A stretch of 64,000 bases of DNA from Nitrospirota bacterium (GTDB lineage Bacteria; Nitrospirota; UBA9217), in assembly GCA_963754875.1 (NCBI GenBank), contig CAVWHO010000017.1:1-64000 (forward strand), read 5' to 3'. The position numbers and the translations under genes are program-made. This document shows, piece by piece, positions 20,710 through 29,442 of this stretch. The notes beneath the pieces were generated by a model. The model worked only from the letters and a program-made list of their open reading frames with translations, was not told the origin of the DNA and made no database searches. Within the stretch, counting starts at the first letter, position 1; each line of letters opens with the position of its first letter.

Positions 20710-21051
20710 ATGAAAAAGGATATATCGGAATTTCATGCCGAAGTTTGCAAGACCTTTGCCCATTCCAAGAGGCTCAACATCCTTAAAACAGGGGAGCTGA
20801 CCGCAAGTGAAATAACGAAGGAACCGGGGGCCACGAAGGCCAATACATCCCAGCACCTTGTACTCATGCGCATGCGGGGGATTCTTAAAACAAGGCGCGA
20901 CGTTACGAATATTTATTGCCGGATGGCTAATGATAAACCTGCCCAGGCGTGTAATCTGATGCTGGCCGCACTCGCACAGATTTCAGCTGACGCTCGGAGA
21001 TATTGCATGACGTTTTGTCCGGCGCAGAAGTCGAGGCGCCGGAAAAGCTGA
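20710..21051 (+). pseudogene. Degenerate ArsR/SmtB-family regulator
   Basis: HAEVCKTFAHSKRL...ANTSQHL...RRD.TNIY pattern with an apparent short deletion and helix-breaking prolines; frame still open. Confidence 0.6.
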
Positions 21052-21090
21052 TTTCAAACTTGCCAGATGATGGGACATGAGAAATAAGAC

Positions 21091-22137
21091 ATGGAAAAAC
21101 AAAAAATATACGACGTCGTCATGCAAAATCTTCCCGTCGGTTTTTCCATAGTGGACAAGGATGGAATTATTGTCGATTTCAATTCCGCCGCGGAAGTGAT
21201 AACGGGTTATTCCCGGGAGGAAATGACCGGCAAGCCGCATTTTGAGATTCTCCACGGTACTCCCGATAGAGATGCATGCCCCGTCCTGAAGCATGCGCTA
21301 TCGCTCAAGGAACAGGTCGTTGCAGTGGAAACCATGATAAAAAAGAAAAACGGCGAACAGGTATCTCTCTCGGTTACGACCTTTCCGCTATTCGATGAAA
21401 GCGGCGGCCTGTCAGGCGCAGTCGAGCTGTTCAGGGATATCAGCGCTGCCAAACAGCATGAACGGGAGAGAAAGAATATCCTGTCCATGTTCGCCCACGA
21501 CATAAAAAATCCGGTCACTACGGCAGGAGGATATTTGTCACGGCTCCTTTCCGGCAAGGCCGGTGTGGTCACGGATAAACAGAAAAGCTACCTCGAAACT
21601 ATCCGGGAGGAGCTTTATAAAGTGTCGGACTTGGTCGCGGACTTTCTCGAATTCTCCCGCATCGAAGCGAAGGCATATATACCGGTTCCCCGCCCTTTCA
21701 ATATCGGAAAAGAAATGAACGGAGCCATCGAGGCGGCAAAAATTGAAGCCGACAAAAAGGGCATAAGCATCCTCTTGGAAGTTTCAGGAGAAATACCACC
21801 GTTGATTCTTGTCGATCCGGCAATGATAGACCGGGTCATTGCCAACCTCCTCGATAATGCAATAACCTATACGAACAGAGGCGGAGCAATTACCGCCAAA
21901 CTTTCCGAGAAGGACGGTGAGATTCTCGTTTCCATTACAGACACGGGCAGGGGCATTCCCGAAGATAAACTCCCCTATATATTCGACGCATTCTATCGTA
22001 TAAGCCGGGACGCAAAAGGGGCAGGCCTTGGATTATTCATTGCCAAAACAATCGTCGAAGCGCACGGAGGGAGGATTTGGGTGAAGAGCACACCCGCAAT
22101 AGGCAGCACTTTCAATTTCACACTGCCGAAGCAATAA
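21091..22137 (+). CDS. Cytoplasmic PAS-domain sensor histidine kinase
   Basis: PAS; H-box FAHDIKNP; NLLDNA; DTGRGIP; GAGLGL. Confidence 0.93.
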   Translation: MEKQKIYDVVMQNLPVGFSIVDKDGIIVDFNSAAEVITGYSREEMTGKPHFEILHGTPDRDACPVLKHALSLKEQVVAVETMIKKKNGEQVSLSVTTFPLFDESGGLSGAVELFRDISAAKQHERERKNILSMFAHDIKNPVTTAGGYLSRLLSGKAGVVTDKQKSYLETIREELYKVSDLVADFLEFSRIEAKAYIPVPRPFNIGKEMNGAIEAAKIEADKKGISILLEVSGEIPPLILVDPAMIDRVIANLLDNAITYTNRGGAITAKLSEKDGEILVSITDTGRGIPEDKLPYIFDAFYRISRDAKGAGLGLFIAKTIVEAHGGRIWVKSTPAIGSTFNFTLPKQ

Positions 22138-22191
22138 AGCCTGCCTCGTTCCATATTACAAAACAGACAACCCGGCACAAAGGAGGAAGCC

Positions 22192-22647
22192 ATGAGAAAA
22201 ACGATCGGCATAGTAACGACAGTTGCGGCAGCGATGATCTTGATTGTATCCCTTTCCTTTGCAGGTACTTGGAAGGGTTATCGCGGCAGCGGCGGGTGGG
22301 GCATGGGGTCGCAGTACCAGAGAATGTTCAACCCTGCGACAGTAGAGACGGTCTCGGGCACAGTGGAGTCGGTGAACAAGATGATTCCCATGAAGGGAAT
22401 GCATTCAGGTATCCACCTGACGGTCAAGACGGAGAAAGAGAGCGTTGACGTTCATCTCGGTCCGGAATGGTATATCGAACGACTCGATACGAAGATACAG
22501 AAGGGCGATACCATCGAAGTGAAAGGCTCACGGGTGATTATTGCCGGCAAGCCCGCCGTCATCGCCGCTGAAGTTAAAAAAGGGGATAATGTCCTCGTCC
22601 TCAGGGACAATAATGGCATTCCTGCGTGGGCAGGATGGAGACGTTAG
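22192..22647 (+). CDS. Secreted OB-fold-like protein, copy 2
   Basis: Same length (151 aa) and motifs as 11837..12292; AAGGAGG RBS. Confidence 0.8.
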   Translation: MRKTIGIVTTVAAAMILIVSLSFAGTWKGYRGSGGWGMGSQYQRMFNPATVETVSGTVESVNKMIPMKGMHSGIHLTVKTEKESVDVHLGPEWYIERLDTKIQKGDTIEVKGSRVIIAGKPAVIAAEVKKGDNVLVLRDNNGIPAWAGWRR

Positions 22648-22756
22648 AAAAAGACGGGCACGTGCTGAGCCGGAGCGGGCTTTTGAAACGGCGCCCCTGT
22701 CATGTTATTGCGGGGAGAAAAGTACTCGCACGAGAGGGACAAAAAATATTTCGCCC

Positions 22757-22805
22757 TTGACAATCGCGGACGGGTCTGATATGTTTTGTGCATATGCACA
22801 AAACA
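22757..22805 (+). promoter_or_regulatory. sigma70 promoter (TTGACA-17-TATGTT) overlapped by perfect 24-bp palindrome TGTTTTGTGCATATGCACAAAACA (operator site 2)
   Basis: -35 at 22757-22762; extended -10 at 22777-22785; palindrome at 22782-22805. Confidence 0.8.
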
Positions 22806-22818
22806 AAAAAGGATCAGT

Positions 22819-23094
22819 GTGTCTCCCCGCCGTAAAAAACCGCGACATTGCCGATGCACGTTCAAGGGAAAGGCGTTCAAGCCTACGGGGATACCGATGT
22901 CCGAAGTCAAACAGATATCGTTGTCCCGTGACGAGCTTGAGGCGCTCAAACTGTGCGACGTCGATGATCTTACTCAGGAAGAAGCCGGTTCCCGGATGGG
23001 CATATCACGGGGGACTGTTCAGCGAGTGCTCGCTGCCGCGCGAAAGAAAGTTGCAAAGGCCCTCAGCGAGGGTGAAGCAATTGTGTTTGAATAA
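22819..23094 (+). CDS. DUF134 family predicted HTH DNA-binding protein
   Basis: PRRKKPR...FKPTGIP...LSRDELEALKLCD...QEEAG.RMGISRGTVQR; GTG start after AAGGA. Confidence 0.9.
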   Translation: MSPRRKKPRHCRCTFKGKAFKPTGIPMSEVKQISLSRDELEALKLCDVDDLTQEEAGSRMGISRGTVQRVLAAARKKVAKALSEGEAIVFE

Positions 23095-23129
23095 TTGATT
23101 ATTATTTTTAAACTAGGGAGGAACATTCT

Positions 23130-23510
23130 ATGAAGATCTGTTTTCCGGCACAGAAAAATGACGGACTTGACAGCGCAGTGTACAACCATTTCGGCTCAGC
23201 GCCGATATTCGTGGTTGTCGATACCGACACGGACAACGTTACTTCGATAAACAATAGAGACCAGCACCACACCCATGGAGCGTGTAACCCGATGAAGGCA
23301 CTTGACAATCAGAAAATCGACGCAATCGTAGTCGGCGGTATTGGCGCAGGGGCCTTGACCAGGCTGAACCAGTTGGGTATCATCGTGCATCGATCTCAGG
23401 CCTCCACGATACGCGAAAATCTGGCGATGTTCGCTTCGAAGACGCTTCCTGAGTTGACACTCCAGGGTTGCTGCGGCGGCCACAGCAATGACGGAGGATG
23501 TGCTCACTAG
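23130..23510 (+). CDS. NifB/NifX-family (COG1433, orange-protein-like) metal-cluster-binding protein
   Basis: MKICFP...HFGSAP, VGGIG.GA motifs; Cys/His tail CCGGH...CAH. Confidence 0.85.
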   Translation: MKICFPAQKNDGLDSAVYNHFGSAPIFVVVDTDTDNVTSINNRDQHHTHGACNPMKALDNQKIDAIVVGGIGAGALTRLNQLGIIVHRSQASTIRENLAMFASKTLPELTLQGCCGGHSNDGGCAH

Positions 23511-23633
23511 GGTTTTCTGCATGACTGAAAGAAGAGGATACAGTCGTGGGATCCAGGAATACGGCAAAACCGTCTGCACAATCTCTATTTTACGATTCTT
23601 TTTATTTAACCCGATACTCAAAAGGAGACCGGC

Positions 23634-24002
23634 ATGGAAAATAAGGAATTCGTTTTCGTAATCACCCATTCCTATGATGCTATCGAACGCGCGGCTGCGG
23701 CGCTCCAACTTGCAACCAATATGGCAGCGTTCGACGCTAAGATAGATTTCTTCCTCATAAACGAGGGCGTGCATCTGGCCCGCAAGGGGTTTGCGGAATC
23801 GGTCACATGGCAGAAGGGGTTTTCTCCCGTTGCCGAGCTCATGAAAAGTCTCGTTGAGGATTTTGACTGCAAGTTCTATATCTGCGCCTCTTGTGTAAAA
23901 CCCTACGGCCTCGAGGGCGCGGAATGGATAAAGAATGCAGAGGTCAAGCCGGGTTCTTATCTCGGAGAGCTTCTCATGCAAAGACAGAACGTGACGTTCT
24001 GA
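23634..24002 (+). CDS. DsrE-family sulfur-relay protein
   Basis: FFLINEGVHLA and YICASC motifs; 122 aa. Confidence 0.85.
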   Translation: MENKEFVFVITHSYDAIERAAAALQLATNMAAFDAKIDFFLINEGVHLARKGFAESVTWQKGFSPVAELMKSLVEDFDCKFYICASCVKPYGLEGAEWIKNAEVKPGSYLGELLMQRQNVTF

Positions 24003-24140
24003 TAGATCCGGTTATCGGCAGCGCGGGTCGAGAACTCTTAGGCTGGTGTGAGAGCAAAAGCGGAACGACAGGATGAAAAAAACCAGGATTTCTACCAAGA
24101 AGAGAACAAACATTAACTGAATGTTTTGAAGGACGATCCT

Positions 24141-25112
24141 CTATGGCTTCTCCTTCCGTCCTGTCATTACGATCGTATCGCCAAGATTGGTCGTTTTGAT
24201 GCGTTTGAATCCCGTCCTTGTGAGCCACGCCGTCATCTCCTGCGTCGTATAGCACCTTCCTGCCGTAGTATTGACCAGCATGTTTATAGCGAAGAGAGCG
24301 CCAGGAACAGGGTGAGCACGGTTTTTTCCCAGGAAGAATTCCTGGATTGCGATCTTGCCTCCGGGGTTCAGCGCCTTATACGATTTCTTTAAGAGCCCGA
24401 GGCTCTCTTCGATCGAAAGCGAGTGCACGATCTGGCTGATGAACACAAGGTCGTATCCGCTGCCGATGTCATCGGAGTGGAAATCGCCGCCGATGTATTC
24501 TATATTCTTTACCTTTGATTCCCTCACGATTTTCTTAGCGACGCCCATGGTACTCGGCTGATCGAAGAGCGTAACGGAAATACCCTGCCGCGCCATCTCC
24601 ATGCTGTACGTCCCCGGCCCGCCACCAAGGTCGAGCGCCTTTTTTATGCCACGGATGTCAACGGCCTTTATCACATCTTGTGCCCGAAAGACCGCATTAT
24701 TATGCATGGCCCTGATGAACGATTCATGATGACGTTTTCCTGTCCGGTTCGGCAGGCCTGTTTTTATGACCTCGTCGAGTCCCGACCAGTTTTCCCAGAG
24801 CGTGTCCGAGTGTCGCAGCATGTCACCCTGGTACCAAGGAGACTTTGCTACGAGAAATTTCGCCGCAAGGGACGTGTTCATGTACGTTGAACCGGTTTTT
24901 TTGAGCAGGCCCAGGGCCGTTACGGCATCGAGAAGGATTTCCGTTCCGCGCGGATCGGTCCTGGTCCTTTTGGCCAACGCACCGGCAGTCTTCGGAGTCT
25001 TGAGATGTTCAAATAAGGCATAGTTGTTCGCGGTTAGGATCACCCGCGAGGCTCGAAACCCCCCGGAGAGTTGTCTGAATGCGTGGAGCTGCCGTAGAAG
25101 ATCATTGTTCAT
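24141..25112 (-). CDS. SAM-dependent O-methyltransferase with dimerisation domain
   Basis: LDLGGGPG, GDFH, LNPGGKI; N-terminal winged helix. Confidence 0.9.
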   Translation of the reverse strand: MNNDLLRQLHAFRQLSGGFRASRVILTANNYALFEHLKTPKTAGALAKRTRTDPRGTEILLDAVTALGLLKKTGSTYMNTSLAAKFLVAKSPWYQGDMLRHSDTLWENWSGLDEVIKTGLPNRTGKRHHESFIRAMHNNAVFRAQDVIKAVDIRGIKKALDLGGGPGTYSMEMARQGISVTLFDQPSTMGVAKKIVRESKVKNIEYIGGDFHSDDIGSGYDLVFISQIVHSLSIEESLGLLKKSYKALNPGGKIAIQEFFLGKNRAHPVPGALFAINMLVNTTAGRCYTTQEMTAWLTRTGFKRIKTTNLGDTIVMTGRKEKP

Positions 25113-25204
25113 GGGAATGGTCCTTTCGATCAGAATTTACCCGATGGATACCGGACGGTAACTGGATTCTGCGTTCGCATGTGGTGTGTTAAGTACCCTA
25201 ACGG

Positions 25205-25220
25205 GTTAGTGACCACTAAC
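25205..25220. promoter_or_regulatory. Palindrome GTTAGTG-AC-CACTAAC in a divergent intergenic region (candidate operator)
   Basis: 7-bp perfect arms between the methyltransferase and the hypothetical gene. Confidence 0.5.
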
Positions 25221-25368
25221 TCTTATGATATCACAAGTCGTGTCAATTTCTTTTTACAAAAAAAACTATTTCTGCTAAACTTCCGACGGTCGATTATTAC
25301 TTGTTAAATGTCAGGACATCGGTCAAAAGTGCAATTACATCCTTCGTTTTTTTAGAATTTCATCGCTT

Positions 25369-26161
25369 ATGTTTCCTGAACTGTTTACATGCCTGACGAC
25401 CCCCTGCCCTCAATACGTCCGCCACATGGGCTATCTGAATGAAATTATCGCCATGAGACAGAGATACCGGCGCAGCCGGGCGGCCTGGCAGCCCCATCTT
25501 GAGAACACTCGCCGATTCGTCCTGTCTGCCGCCGAACAATGCAAGGAGCGAAGCACAGCGGTCATTCTCGGATCAGGGCTTCTCCTGGATGTCCCGCTCG
25601 ATGAGTTGTCGTCGATGTTTCAAAAGGTCGTCCTGCTGGATATCGTCTTTCTGCCGGAAGTCCGCAGGAGGGTAAAACAGTACGGCAACGTGAAGTTCAT
25701 CCAACACGACGTAACGAATGTGGCGAAAAAGCTGTATGATGATATCCAACGGGGTATCCGGGAACTTCCCGCGGCAACACCCCCGGATCATGCTATTGAC
25801 AACGACGCCGGGCTGGTCGTGTCACTCAATATCCTCTCCCAGCTCTGTGTCGTCCCACGCATGTACGCACTCAGGAAACTCCCCGGCCTCGATGAGGAAC
25901 TTGTCCATGATTGGTGCAGACAGATCGTAGAATCTCATTATGCTTATCTGAGGTCAAAGCCCCGCACCGTTTGTCTCATCGCGGATCATGAGGTTGTAAA
26001 GCGTGACCGGGAGGAGAGAGTCGCGAGCAGGGGGTCAACGATATTCGGCCTGGAGCTTCCACGAGCCGGAGGCATCCTGGACATGGAATATCGTCCCGAT
26101 GGGTGATGGCCGTCAGTATTTATCAAAAGAGCTGAACGTCGGCGCATGGCATTTGCGATAA
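25369..26161 (+). CDS. Conserved hypothetical protein (Rossmann-like, ILGSGLLLDVP); 1-nt frameshift near 26060
   Basis: ORF 25369..26106; the +1 frame gives a plausible tail EPEASWTWNIVPMG...WHLR* ending at 26161. Confidence 0.65.
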
Positions 26162-26236
26162 GAGAACAAAAATGTGTCTCCTTCTGAGGTAATGCATTGC
26201 CCTGTCTAAAAAATGATGTTATAATTCACGAGAGTT

Positions 26237-26854
26237 ATGTACAAGGGGGAACGTCTTAATACAGCCTCTCATTTTGTCGGCGCAGCCTTAGCGCTTGCAG
26301 GCCTCGTCATTCTCGTCGTCCAGGCGAGTGTGCAGGGAGATCCCTGGAAAATCGTCAGTTTCAGCGTTTACGGCGTGACGCTGGCGGCTCTCTATTTTTT
26401 TTCGACCCTTTACCACGCAAGGAGCGGTAAAGCCAAAGCCATTCTCCAAAAAATTGATCATTCCGCTATTTATCTCCTCATAGCAGGCACCTATACTCCG
26501 TTTACACTCGTTACCTTACGCGGCGCCTGGGGATGGTCCATCTTTGGCACAATCTGGGGGCTGGCGATCATCGGGATCTTGCAGGATATCGTTCTGACTA
26601 CGAAGCGGCGAATTCTCTCGGTAGTCATCTACCTGCTCATGGGGTGGCTCGTCATCATCGCCATCCGCCCGCTCGTACGCGTCCTGCCGATCGCTGGTTT
26701 TGCTTTGATGGTCGCCGGTGGCTTGTTCTATACGGTGGGCGTCATTTTCTATGCATTGGACAAAAAAATTCCCCACGGACACGGAATATTTCATTTTTTT
26801 GTGCTTGCCGGCAGTATCTGCCACTACTTTGCGGTATTTTTGTATGTCCTCTAA
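26237..26854 (+). CDS. Hemolysin III (PAQR/TrhA) family membrane protein
   Basis: STLYH, DHSAIYLLIAGTYTP and HGIFHFFVL motifs. Confidence 0.93.
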   Translation: MYKGERLNTASHFVGAALALAGLVILVVQASVQGDPWKIVSFSVYGVTLAALYFFSTLYHARSGKAKAILQKIDHSAIYLLIAGTYTPFTLVTLRGAWGWSIFGTIWGLAIIGILQDIVLTTKRRILSVVIYLLMGWLVIIAIRPLVRVLPIAGFALMVAGGLFYTVGVIFYALDKKIPHGHGIFHFFVLAGSICHYFAVFLYVL

Positions 26855-26920
26855 CCTTTTTGCAGCATTTTCCACGCTTTGCTGCCCGATCAAAAAAAGT
26901 TTAGCAACCAAAAAAAATGC

Positions 26921-26948
26921 TTGACATTCTTTATTTTATATGTATCCT
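26921..26948 (+). promoter_or_regulatory. Putative sigma70 promoter of the pil operon (TTGACA-16-TATCCT)
   Basis: Consensus -35 in an AT-rich region upstream of the MerR-like ORF. Confidence 0.5.
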
Positions 26949-27001
26949 AATAACTATACTTAATATGGTCAATAGTAGCAGGCTAGACCAGCGAGGGCAC
27001 C

Positions 27002-27202
27002 ATGGTCACCAGGAAGAATCTGAAAAAATACAAAACCAGTGAGATCTGCAGTCGCTTCGATATCTCTCGCGCCACTCTTTTTCGTTGGGAGAGCGAGGGA
27101 CTCCTGCGTGGAGTAGAGCGTGACTGGCGTGGCTGGAGAGTTTATACCGAACATAACCTGCAAACTATCGAGAAGATCATAAAGAGCAAAAACGCCGGTT
27201 GA
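27002..27202 (+). CDS. Small MerR-type HTH protein
   Basis: YKTSEICSRFDISRATLFRWESEGLL...RDWRGWRVY. Confidence 0.85.
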   Translation: MVTRKNLKKYKTSEICSRFDISRATLFRWESEGLLRGVERDWRGWRVYTEHNLQTIEKIIKSKNAG

Positions 27203-27233
27203 TACGGCGCATTTTCTAGCTTTCGGAGTCAGG

Positions 27234-28286
27234 ATGCTTTTTTCAAAAAAAATAGAACCCATTGCACTCGACATCGGATCGACCTTTATCAAGCTCGTCC
27301 AACTGAAGGGCTCGAACAGGAACTATCAACTGGTGAAATTCGGCATGATACCGCTGCCGCCTGAGGTGATTGTGGAAGGGGCGGTCATGGACGCCGGGCG
27401 GGTCGTTGACGCCATCAAAGAGCTCCTCGGCGCACAAAAAGTGACGACCAAAGAAGTCGTCATATCCGTATCCGGAAGCTCGGTGATCATTAAACGGGTA
27501 TCCGTGGCCGATATGACAGATGAAGAGCTTGCCGAATCCATCAAGTGGGAGGCCGAGCAGTACATCCCTTTCTCGATTGACGACGTGAACGTTGATTTCC
27601 AGAAACTGGGAGCTGGTGCGGCTGAAGGGCAGGCCGATGTCCTTCTGGTTGCCGTCAAGAAAGACAAGATTAATGATTACGTAAACCTTGTTAAAGAGGC
27701 GGGGCTGGAGCCTGTTGTGATGGATGTTGATGCTTTTGCAATGGCGAACATGTACGAACTGAATTACGATGTCGAAGCAGGAACCACGGCGCTGCTCAAT
27801 ATCGGCGCTTCGGTCATGAATATCAATATTCTGAAGGATGGGACGTCGATTTTTACGCGTGACATAACCGTGGGCGGCAACCGCTATACTGAGGCGCTGC
27901 AGAGGGATTTCGGCCTCACCTATGAAGATGCTGAAAAAGTTAAGCGGGGAGAGGATGTTGAAGGTGCAGACAAGGAGCAGATCTCGAGCGTTATGTCGTC
28001 GGTTACCGAAGATATCGTTGCCGAGACTCAGCGCTCGTTTGAATTTTTCCGCTCCACAACAGGCAGTGAGAAAGTGTCCCGGGTGTTGGTCTCCGGCGGG
28101 TGTGCGCGGATCGGCCATTTTACGTCGATTTTGTCCGAACGTCTCGAGATCCCCGTTGAGGTAGCGAACCCCTTCAAAAATGTCAAAATAGACGCTAAAA
28201 AGTTTGACACAGCAATTATTGAAGATTCATCCCCGCTGTGTGCCGTTGCCATGGGGTTAGCGATCAGGAGGCCGGGAGATAGATGA
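27234..28286 (+). CDS. pilM: Type IV pilus assembly protein PilM
   Basis: ALDIGS, EAEQYIPF, LVSGG; first gene of pilMNOPQ. Confidence 0.95.
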   Translation: MLFSKKIEPIALDIGSTFIKLVQLKGSNRNYQLVKFGMIPLPPEVIVEGAVMDAGRVVDAIKELLGAQKVTTKEVVISVSGSSVIIKRVSVADMTDEELAESIKWEAEQYIPFSIDDVNVDFQKLGAGAAEGQADVLLVAVKKDKINDYVNLVKEAGLEPVVMDVDAFAMANMYELNYDVEAGTTALLNIGASVMNINILKDGTSIFTRDITVGGNRYTEALQRDFGLTYEDAEKVKRGEDVEGADKEQISSVMSSVTEDIVAETQRSFEFFRSTTGSEKVSRVLVSGGCARIGHFTSILSERLEIPVEVANPFKNVKIDAKKFDTAIIEDSSPLCAVAMGLAIRRPGDR

Positions 28287-28831
28287 TAAAAATTAATCTT
28301 CTGCCTACCAAAAAAAAGGCCCCGAAAAAGGTTATTGACCTGCAGCAGCAGCTGCTGTTCGGCATCCTCGTCATTATCTTAAGTTTGATTATCATGTGGT
28401 ATTTTTGGAACAAACAGAAAAACCTGATCGCCAGCCTTGAAAAGGACAAAATCACCGCGGAGGGACGCATCAAAGAGCAAGACAATATGCTGAAGGAAGT
28501 CAAGAATGTAGAGGAAGAGAGAAAAAAGGTATCTGAAAAAATTGAAGTTATCGAAAAACTCAAAAAAAACCAAGCCGGGCCCGTTCGGCTGCTTGATGAG
28601 GTCAGCAGGGCGCTTCCCCAAGGCGTAAATATAGGTTCGCTTACTGAGAACAGCAATAATATAAACATCGATGGATCGGCTTTCACGAACGATGATGTGG
28701 TGCGATTTATCGAAAACTTGAAAGCCTCACCTCTTTTATCAGACGTTACATTGCTGGAAACGAATCAGGGGATGCAAGCAAACGTCAGTATTTATAGTTA
28801 TAAACTACAGTTTGTTTATAAGGGATTATAG
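28283..28831 (+). CDS. pilN: Type IV pilus assembly protein PilN
   Basis: MIKINLLP motif, TM segment, coiled coil. Confidence 0.93.
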   Translation: MIKINLLPTKKKAPKKVIDLQQQLLFGILVIILSLIIMWYFWNKQKNLIASLEKDKITAEGRIKEQDNMLKEVKNVEEERKKVSEKIEVIEKLKKNQAGPVRLLDEVSRALPQGVNIGSLTENSNNINIDGSAFTNDDVVRFIENLKASPLLSDVTLLETNQGMQANVSIYSYKLQFVYKGL

Positions 28832-29442
28832 TGGCTTCCTATTTAGACAAAATACATAAGATTTCCCCGAAAACAAGACTGATAGCATTTATTGTCGTTA
28901 TCGTCTTGCTTGTCAGCGCCTATATTATTCAGTTCCAGATTCCGATGAAGACGCAAATAACGAATTTGGAAAGGTCGTTATCAGAGTTGCAGTCAAAAAT
29001 GCGTGATAATGACAACAAAATTAAAAGACTCGATGACCTGAGGGTCGAAGTAAAAACGTTGCAGCAGCGGTTGGTCATCCTCACACAACAACTTCCTCCC
29101 GAATCTGAGGTATCAGGCCTTTTGAGACAAATACAAAATTTGGTGAATCAATCGGGCCTTGTTCTCAAACACTGGAAGCCGGAGAATCGAAGAACACATC
29201 CAAGCGGCCTCTATGAGGAAATACCCATTACGCTTGCGCTGACCGGCAGTTACCATCATACGGCTTCTTTTTTTGACCGGGTCGGAAAATTGACACGCAT
29301 TGTAAACATTCTCAATATAAAAATGGGCGGAGCAAAAATGAACTCCGATGGCACTATGGATATCGATATCAATTGTACGGCCATGACGTTTTCGGCAGTG
29401 GAGAAAAAAGTTGAGGCAGGTCAGAAGAATAAAAAAAATTAG
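28831..29442 (+). CDS. pilO: Type IV pilus assembly protein PilO
   Basis: QLPPESEVSGLL, YEEIPI, GSYH; operon position. Confidence 0.92.
   Translation: MASYLDKIHKISPKTRLIAFIVVIVLLVSAYIIQFQIPMKTQITNLERSLSELQSKMRDNDNKIKRLDDLRVEVKTLQQRLVILTQQLPPESEVSGLLRQIQNLVNQSGLVLKHWKPENRRTHPSGLYEEIPITLALTGSYHHTASFFDRVGKLTRIVNILNIKMGGAKMNSDGTMDIDINCTAMTFSAVEKKVEAGQKNKKN

Noticed and set aside
11837..22647. Magnetosome island suggested by possible MamS/MamX-like proteins
   Set aside because: No recognisable mamA/E/K/P/Q genes or CXXCH magnetochrome motifs; the CDF looks like an ordinary CzcD type
23130..23510. Nitrogen fixation gene
   Set aside because: The NifX-like fold is common outside nif clusters; no nifHDK in the window
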